In this document: positions 38,431 through 43,903 of the stretch, in pieces
How the letters are laid out: each line of letters opens with the position of its first letter
Numbering within the stretch: position 1 is the stretch's first letter
Source of the DNA: Methylotenera sp.
GTDB taxonomy: Bacteria; Pseudomonadota; Gammaproteobacteria; Burkholderiales; Methylophilaceae
Direction: 5' to 3'
DNA length: 43,903 bases
Assembly: GCA_043735225.1 (NCBI GenBank)
Contig: JAYTEL010000054.1
Span: 1-43,903, forward strand
Notes under the pieces: model-generated
The model's database searches: none
Told to the model about the DNA's origin: nothing
What the model saw: only the letters and a program-made list of their open reading frames with translations
Translations under genes and position numbers: made by a program

Positions 38431-38883
38431 TTAAGTAATTCTCACTTTTTGTTGCATTAATTGTACATAATAGTTGGCATCTAGTGCAGTATTATTGCGC
38501 TGCGCTTGCCAAATACTTTCGCCTAGGCATTCTAAAATATCGTGTTGGGCTTTGTGTTCAAAGTCATGCTCTGATTGATATTTTAATTTTAATTTCTCGT
38601 CAATATCTTTAATACCAATGGGTTGATTAATACTAATTTGCTCTGCAATAGAAAGATGCAAACTCATGTGCAAAAAAGGGTTGGTTTCGCCAAATTCTGG
38701 AAAATATTCTTGATGCATAAACTGCTGCGGCGCGTTTAAAATCGCATGATATTCGGGGTGCATGTGCATGATGCCAAGCGCGATTTTTTCTAAATCGCTG
38801 AGTGGTTTTTGCGCATTAAATTGCGCCCAAGTATTAAAAAAGAACTCGCGCGCTTCGTCGCGCGACGGATTAAATAAAGACAT
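38431..38883 (-). CDS. DUF1841 family protein
   Basis: FNPSRDEAREFF, HPEYH and GETNPFLHMSLHLSIAEQISINQP.GI; 2 bp upstream of the sigma gene start. Confidence 0.88.
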   Translation of the reverse strand: MSLFNPSRDEAREFFFNTWAQFNAQKPLSDLEKIALGIMHMHPEYHAILNAPQQFMHQEYFPEFGETNPFLHMSLHLSIAEQISINQPIGIKDIDEKLKLKYQSEHDFEHKAQHDILECLGESIWQAQRNNTALDANYYVQLMQQKVRIT

Positions 38884-38929
38884 GATGAGTTTAATTGTGA
38901 CCTAAAAGTTATTTAAAGACCTTAATTTT

Positions 38930-38953
38930 AAAATGTGACAGAATTGTCATTAA
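38930..38953. promoter_or_regulatory. CusR/CopR-like copper-box palindrome TGACA-N4-TGTCA
   Basis: aaaatgTGACAgaatTGTCAttaa, about 50 bp upstream of the DUF1841-sigma operon start. Confidence 0.55.
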
Positions 38954-38971
38954 CAATTGAAGCGATTAATC

Positions 38972-40156
38972 TCACAGATTAACCACCTTACTTTTAGCAA
39001 ACAAGCCAAGCACCGCCGTATATTGCAGCAATTCGTTGCGGCCGTTCATGGGCGCAATTTCACCATTGCCATAAAAACCAATTATCGGCAACTTAGGAAA
39101 TAGCGTTTTAAGTAAAGCTAAATCTTGATCGCTACCATTGTAAAAATAAGGCCCGCGGCCAAGACATGAAAACAACAGCGCAAAAGCCGGATCGGTGCCT
39201 AATTGTTGTTTTAGCTGGCCCGCCGTTTTAACAATATCCACTTGCGCGGCGTCTACGTCTCGCACCGCCCAACTAAGCCAATCGCCCACTTGCAGCGATT
39301 TTGTTAATGTGACAGATGCTTCGTTCACATTTTCGATAATGATAGATGCAAGGCCATATTCGCCGCGTTCAAGCATACTAGCTTTGCTGGCGTAAACCGC
39401 CATTAATTGATGATAGGGCGGCGAACTGCTAGTTTTGGCCTGTTTTTGCCATGCAGAAATTAGCGTGTTTAGCGCAGGCAAATTGGCTATGCTAACTAAA
39501 TCGTTGCCTAGCACAGCAGTAATTTTACGCGGACTAGAGATGATTTTTAATCCGTGTGATGCGGCAACTGCCATGTTTACATTTTTTAACGCTACCTCGC
39601 AATAACCTTGGGTAGTACCTTTGCCGTTTTGCCAAACTGAGAATGGTCCATGACCAATGGCATCGCCAGAAACGCCGCCAAATCTTGCGAAGCCGTTCAA
39701 TTCAACGTTATTTTGCCCAGAATTAATGCGCTCTGCACCAATTAGCCCAGATTTGTTCAATTCTGGTTTAATCAACTCAGATTTATTTAACCAGGTTGTA
39801 TTAATCGCATTAGGCGCTGTTAATGTAAGCAGCAACTGATTGTTAGCTTCTTCAAGTTTTGGATGACTAAAATTAAGCTCGGTAAACACCATTGCAGCTG
39901 CAGCAGGGCTATCAATCACCCAATCTTCTTCAGTAAAAATACCAGTTGCCGAGCAGCCAATAATTTGCGTGCAACTACCAGCCTTGGCGGCGGCTTTAAT
40001 AGCCGATTGCGGGTCGGCTGCAAATTCAGAAGTGAGATAAAGCAGCACGCTGCTCGGCTGCGTAATGCCAGCTTTTTCCATCGCCATAGTAACCGCTTGC
40101 GCGGCCAGATCGGGCGATGCACTTTTGCCAATTGCTAAGCCTGTAGCGACTTTCAA
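38972..40156 (-). CDS. FIST N/C domain sensory protein
   Basis: IIGCSATG, FGGVSGD, FSCLGRG and GFYGNGEIAP. Probable TTG start at (M)KVATG; the ORF track starts at 40177. Confidence 0.88.
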   Translation of the reverse strand: MKVATGLAIGKSASPDLAAQAVTMAMEKAGITQPSSVLLYLTSEFAADPQSAIKAAAKAGSCTQIIGCSATGIFTEEDWVIDSPAAAAMVFTELNFSHPKLEEANNQLLLTLTAPNAINTTWLNKSELIKPELNKSGLIGAERINSGQNNVELNGFARFGGVSGDAIGHGPFSVWQNGKGTTQGYCEVALKNVNMAVAASHGLKIISSPRKITAVLGNDLVSIANLPALNTLISAWQKQAKTSSSPPYHQLMAVYASKASMLERGEYGLASIIIENVNEASVTLTKSLQVGDWLSWAVRDVDAAQVDIVKTAGQLKQQLGTDPAFALLFSCLGRGPYFYNGSDQDLALLKTLFPKLPIIGFYGNGEIAPMNGRNELLQYTAVLGLFAKSKVVNL

Positions 40157-40186
40157 GCAGTATTCACTTTCAAACAATGTTTACTT

Positions 40187-40864
40187 TCAAACTATGCTCA
40201 CTTCTTGTTGATGAGCTGTCAGGTTAATTTTCGGCATCACTTTATCTTTAAATTCACATAAATCTACAATACAGCACTCGCCGCATTTTGGGCTGCGCGC
40301 AGTACAAGTATATCGGCCATGCAAAATTAATAAGTGATGCGCAGCTTGCAAATATTGTTTAGGAATTGTTTTGACATATTTTTGCTCAACTTGCAGCACA
40401 TTTTTACCCGTGGCTAGTTTGGTGCGGTTTCCTAAGCGAAATAAATGCGTATCTACCGCGATAGTTGGCTGCCCAAAAGCAGTATTTAAAATTACATTGG
40501 CTGTCTTGCGACCCACGCCAGGCAGGGCTTCTAGCGCCGCTCGCGTGTTTGGCACAGCGCTATGATGCAAATCGACTAATTGCTTGCAACAAGCAATTAC
40601 GTTTTTAGCTTTAGCGTGATATAGCCCGATGGTTTTGATGTAAAACTCAAGGCCCGCTATACCCAAATCAAATATGGCCTGTGGCGAGTTGGCTGCCTTA
40701 AATAGCTTACGCGTGGCAATATTTACGCTTTTATCAGTTGCTTGCGCCGATAAAATGACTGCAATTAACAGCTGGAAGGTTGAGGTATGTTCTAACTCGG
40801 TAGTGGGGTTGGGAATGGCCGCCGCAAGACGCTTAAAGATGGCTAAGCGTTTTTCGGCGTTCAT
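40187..40864 (-). CDS. nth: Endonuclease III
   Basis: LSAQATD, HhH motif LPGVGRKTANV, VDTH and the 4Fe-4S motif C-x6-C-x2-C-x5-C. Confidence 0.97.
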   Translation of the reverse strand: MNAEKRLAIFKRLAAAIPNPTTELEHTSTFQLLIAVILSAQATDKSVNIATRKLFKAANSPQAIFDLGIAGLEFYIKTIGLYHAKAKNVIACCKQLVDLHHSAVPNTRAALEALPGVGRKTANVILNTAFGQPTIAVDTHLFRLGNRTKLATGKNVLQVEQKYVKTIPKQYLQAAHHLLILHGRYTCTARSPKCGECCIVDLCEFKDKVMPKINLTAHQQEVSIV

Positions 40865-40929
40865 AATTTTATTGAATCTGACGCTGTACCGTAAACAATA
40901 TGAACCATTGTATTATGCCCAATGATTGT

Positions 40930-41616
40930 TTATGCAGGCTTTAATGCACCGCCCACTTGTAGTTTTGCTTTGCTGGTGCGGCTGCCAGCCCAATTGCGCG
41001 CTGCAATTAAGCAGCCTAATCCTATGAATGCACCAGGCGGTAAAATGGCCAATAAAAAGCCATTATAGTTGGGAATCACGTGTATGACCAAAGCTTTAGC
41101 TTGCGGAAATATTAAATCTATACCCGATAATATCGTGCCTTTGCCCACTAGCTCGCGAACGGCGCCCAATAATGCCAATACACAAGCTAGCCCAAAGCCC
41201 ATCATAAAGCCATCAAGCGCAGATGGCGTTGTGGGATTTTTGGCAGCAAATGATTCCACCCGAGCCAGCACAATACAGTTGGTGACAATTAGGGGGATGA
41301 AAATGCCCAATACCAAATGTAGCGGGTGCACATATGCGTTCATGCTTAAATCAATAATCGTCACCAAGGCGGCAATGATTAAAATAAATACTGGATTGCG
41401 TAACTCTTTGGGTATAAATTGACGCACAGGCGAAACGGAGGCATTACTTAAACACATCACAAATGCGGTTGCTAAGCCAAGCGAAAAGCCGTTCACCATG
41501 CTAGTTGTCATGGCTAAAGTTGGGCATAGCCCCAAAAGCTGCACCACACCAGGATTTTGTTTCCATAAACCGTTTTCTACAATTTCGCCGTATTTTGCTA
41601 TTTGATGTCCTGCCAT
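40930..41616 (-). CDS. rsxE: Rnf/Rsx electron transport complex subunit E
   Basis: LLGLCPTLA, FIPLIVTNC and LPPGAF; ATG 41616 follows AGGAG. Confidence 0.95.
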   Translation of the reverse strand: MAGHQIAKYGEIVENGLWKQNPGVVQLLGLCPTLAMTTSMVNGFSLGLATAFVMCLSNASVSPVRQFIPKELRNPVFILIIAALVTIIDLSMNAYVHPLHLVLGIFIPLIVTNCIVLARVESFAAKNPTTPSALDGFMMGFGLACVLALLGAVRELVGKGTILSGIDLIFPQAKALVIHVIPNYNGFLLAILPPGAFIGLGCLIAARNWAGSRTSKAKLQVGGALKPA

Positions 41617-41626
41617 TTTATTGCTC

Positions 41627-42262
41627 CTAACCTTTTTTTTGAGTTGCAAATAATTTCGCACTGTTAACTTCTACATAATGTAAAGCCGTTTGGGTAATAT
41701 TAACCACCGCGCGCGGCGTGATGGTAGCGCCCGCCATATAATCAAATTGGCCGCCATCTTTTTTGACTTTCCACTGCGCACTCGGGCGCGTAGTCAGTGA
41801 TAATTGATTAAACGCTTTAATCCAATCACCATGTAATACATCAATATAATCACCCAAGCCAGGCGTTTCTTTATGTGCAATCACGCGCACGCCGCTAATG
41901 CTACCATCGCTACGCACCGCCATCAGCAGCTTAATATCTCCACTGTAACCGTTGCGCGCTGTTGTTTCTAAAATCACCGCTGTGGCAACGCCTGCCAGTT
42001 TAGCAACATATATTTTGGTCGCGCTGCGATTATTTAGTTCACCGCCTGCTGGCACATTCACAAAGTCTTCCAACGGTTTGTTGTCGTATGCAGTTGCTGG
42101 CAATACTTGCGCGAACGATTTCATCTTCTCAATTGATTCGTTAACTTCTATTTTGTCTTTGCTAAATTCGTGTATAAAAGCAAGGCCTAAAGTGCCAACA
42201 AAGGTAAATGTTGCCATAATCATGACCGTTTTTGCGGTATGTCTAAAAATTGATTCAACCAT
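41627..42262 (-). CDS. rsxG: Rnf/Rsx electron transport complex subunit G
   Basis: GYSGDI, HKETPGLGD and the FMN-attachment motif AGATIT. Confidence 0.95.
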   Translation of the reverse strand: MVESIFRHTAKTVMIMATFTFVGTLGLAFIHEFSKDKIEVNESIEKMKSFAQVLPATAYDNKPLEDFVNVPAGGELNNRSATKIYVAKLAGVATAVILETTARNGYSGDIKLLMAVRSDGSISGVRVIAHKETPGLGDYIDVLHGDWIKAFNQLSLTTRPSAQWKVKKDGGQFDYMAGATITPRAVVNITQTALHYVEVNSAKLFATQKKG

Positions 42263-43281
42263 TATTTTTCATGCCCAAACACGCGTGGTTGCGTACTGGC
42301 GTCTATCAATGGTACACAAATATTCATAAAAATAACGGCAAACGCCACGCCGTCAGGATAGCCACCATAAACGCGTATTATATAAGTTATTAGCGCGACG
42401 CCTGCTGCAAACCATAGCTTACCGTTGGGCGTCGTTGGGCCACTTACGGGGTCGGTAATGATAAAAAATGCAGCTAACATGCTCGCGCCACTAAATAAAT
42501 GAAACATTGGCGATGCAAAGTGAGCAGAATCCACCATCCAAAAAACGCCAGAAACAATCGCCAACGTAGCTAAAAACGCCATTGGCAAATGCCAACTAAT
42601 AATTTTTTGTTGCCATAAATATAGGCCGCCAAGTAAATAGGCGCCCGTCACAAATTCGTTACCTTTGCCGCCAAATGCGCCAAACATTGGCGCTTGAGTA
42701 ATGCTGCCTATTTCATGCTTTAAAATTAATTGTGTTTTTAAATAATCCAGCGGTGTAGCACTTGTGACCGCATCTATCAACGTACCTTGTGGCAATATGC
42801 CGCTAAAAATATAACTAAATTGGTCAGCAAAACTTAATTTAGTTTGTGCCAATTGCAAAGCAGTTGGCCACTTAGTCATAATTACGGGAAAAGAGATAAT
42901 GAGTACCGCGTAGCCAATCATGGCAGGATTAAACGGGTTGTAACCCAAGCCGCCATAAAGCTGTTTAGAAAACACAATTGCAAACAACGTACCAACAACG
43001 ATGAGCCACCACGGCGCAAGTGGTGGAATAGCAAGAGCCAACAGCCAAGCCGTTGTCACCGCGCTGTAATCATTTAAAAATGGCGCAATTGGGCGCTGGC
43101 GAATTTTTAGCATGGCTGCCTCTGCTGCCAATGCAGTGATTGTTGCCAGCACAATTGTCACCAATATGCTGCCGCCGTACACCCACACGTAGGCAATAAT
43201 GCCAGGCACCAGCGCAATCAATACCTTAAGCATAATGGTGCTAACAGAAGGCGCGTTAGAAATATAAGGTGAACGGTTCAA
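42262..43281 (-). CDS. rsxD: Rnf/Rsx electron transport complex subunit D
   Basis: KQLYGGLGYNPFNPAM, DAVTSATPL, TDPVSGP and GGYPDGVAFA. Confidence 0.95.
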   Translation of the reverse strand: MNRSPYISNAPSVSTIMLKVLIALVPGIIAYVWVYGGSILVTIVLATITALAAEAAMLKIRQRPIAPFLNDYSAVTTAWLLALAIPPLAPWWLIVVGTLFAIVFSKQLYGGLGYNPFNPAMIGYAVLIISFPVIMTKWPTALQLAQTKLSFADQFSYIFSGILPQGTLIDAVTSATPLDYLKTQLILKHEIGSITQAPMFGAFGGKGNEFVTGAYLLGGLYLWQQKIISWHLPMAFLATLAIVSGVFWMVDSAHFASPMFHLFSGASMLAAFFIITDPVSGPTTPNGKLWFAAGVALITYIIRVYGGYPDGVAFAVIFMNICVPLIDASTQPRVFGHEK

Positions 43282-43322
43282 TATTGTCTTTCAAACTACA
43301 CTAATCTTTGAATAATTTATCA

Positions 43323-43344
43323 ATTCCGCGCAGGCGGGAATCCA
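43323..43344. repeat. Single degenerate REP/dRS3-like palindromic element
   Basis: attccGCGCAGGCgggaatcca resembles ATTCCC-N8-GGGAAT with one C missing. Confidence 0.5.
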
Positions 43345-43365
43345 TTTTTAATGTTACTTTTTGCC

Positions 43366-43903
43366 TTAAGGGAAGCTTTTTTCTTTGGCTGCTTCAGCTG
43401 CCGCTTTGGCAGCTTTGGCTTTAGCAATTGCGGCGGCAATTTTAGCCTGCTTGTCTAGATTGGCTGCGGCGCCCAAGTCAGATGTTTCACTCGTTGCATC
43501 AATGCCAACTGCTTGTCTTCTCGCATCAATTTCTGCAATTTCTTTTTTTACCATCTCATCTGCATCAGCGACGTTTTTTGGCGCTTCGCCGGAGGTAACA
43601 GCAGCAACTTTAGCAGCTTTCGCACGTGCAATAGCGGCGGCAATAGCGGCTTGCTTGGCATCTTTTTGCGTAGCCTCACTATCTTCAGCAGAGGCCGCAT
43701 CGCTATAGCTTGCTGGTGAAATAGCTATTTGCGGTTCTTGCGCTTTTTTCTCTGCTTCTTGTTTTAGCAAAGCGGCGCGATCGGCATGTTTTTGCGCGCG
43801 TTCTAATTTATCGCGCTCAATGCGTTCAATTCTAAAATCGTTGCGCTCACGCGCCAAATCAGCGGCTTCTTTGGCTTTGTCGGTGGCAATAATCTCGCTT
43901 TTG
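43366..43903 (-). CDS. rsxC: Rnf/Rsx subunit C, C-terminal part (5'-truncated by the window edge)
   Basis: The frame is open to the edge (KSEIIATDKAKEAADLARER); Ala/Lys-rich tail with KQAAIAAAIARAKA repeats; upstream of rsxD. Confidence 0.88.
   Translation of the reverse strand, partial: KSEIIATDKAKEAADLARERNDFRIERIERDKLERAQKHADRAALLKQEAEKKAQEPQIAISPASYSDAASAEDSEATQKDAKQAAIAAAIARAKAAKVAAVTSGEAPKNVADADEMVKKEIAEIDARRQAVGIDATSETSDLGAAANLDKQAKIAAAIAKAKAAKAAAEAAKEKSFP

Noticed and set aside
38936-38950. TGTCAT/TGTCAC half-sites as a second Pho box
   Set aside because: They are inverted rather than 11-bp direct repeats, which fits a CusR-type box better.
43366-43760. Ala/Lys-rich repeats as a novel repeat protein
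   Set aside because: This is the normal low-complexity tail of RsxC.

Overview
This looks like a chromosomal segment of a betaproteobacterium, probably Methylophilaceae/Methylotenera-like (inferred from gene content and order, not from a database search). From left to right it holds: a 5'-truncated Cu(I) P1B-ATPase with an abrupt internal GC shift; CYTH-CHAD, a Crp-family regulator and a 2.8-kaa cyclic beta-1,2-glucan synthase; phoB-phoR plus a lipoprotein, with a clear Pho box; an OFA-type MFS transporter; ribH-nusB followed by PP2C phosphatase, FHA and GAF-HD-GYP genes; a housekeeping block (ferredoxin, lpxH, two cyclophilins, L,D-transpeptidase, TPR protein, cysS, argJ, DUF815 ATPase, Nudix-ThiE fusion, PCuAC, yacG, zapD, coaE, pilD); and rsxC(partial)DGE-nth-FIST. 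The most interesting locus is 35345-38953 (minus strand): DUF1841, ECF sigma, zinc-finger anti-sigma, a secreted Cys-repeat precursor peptide, a DUF692 (MNIO) enzyme and a DUF2063 partner. This is an oxazolin/bufferin-type RiPP cluster with non-canonical, diversified core repeats and a CusR/CopR-like palindrome upstream. A Crp-type palindrome sits upstream of the glucan synthase, and 12-18 bp micro-duplications recur across the window. No rRNA, tRNA, CRISPR array or transposase was seen.
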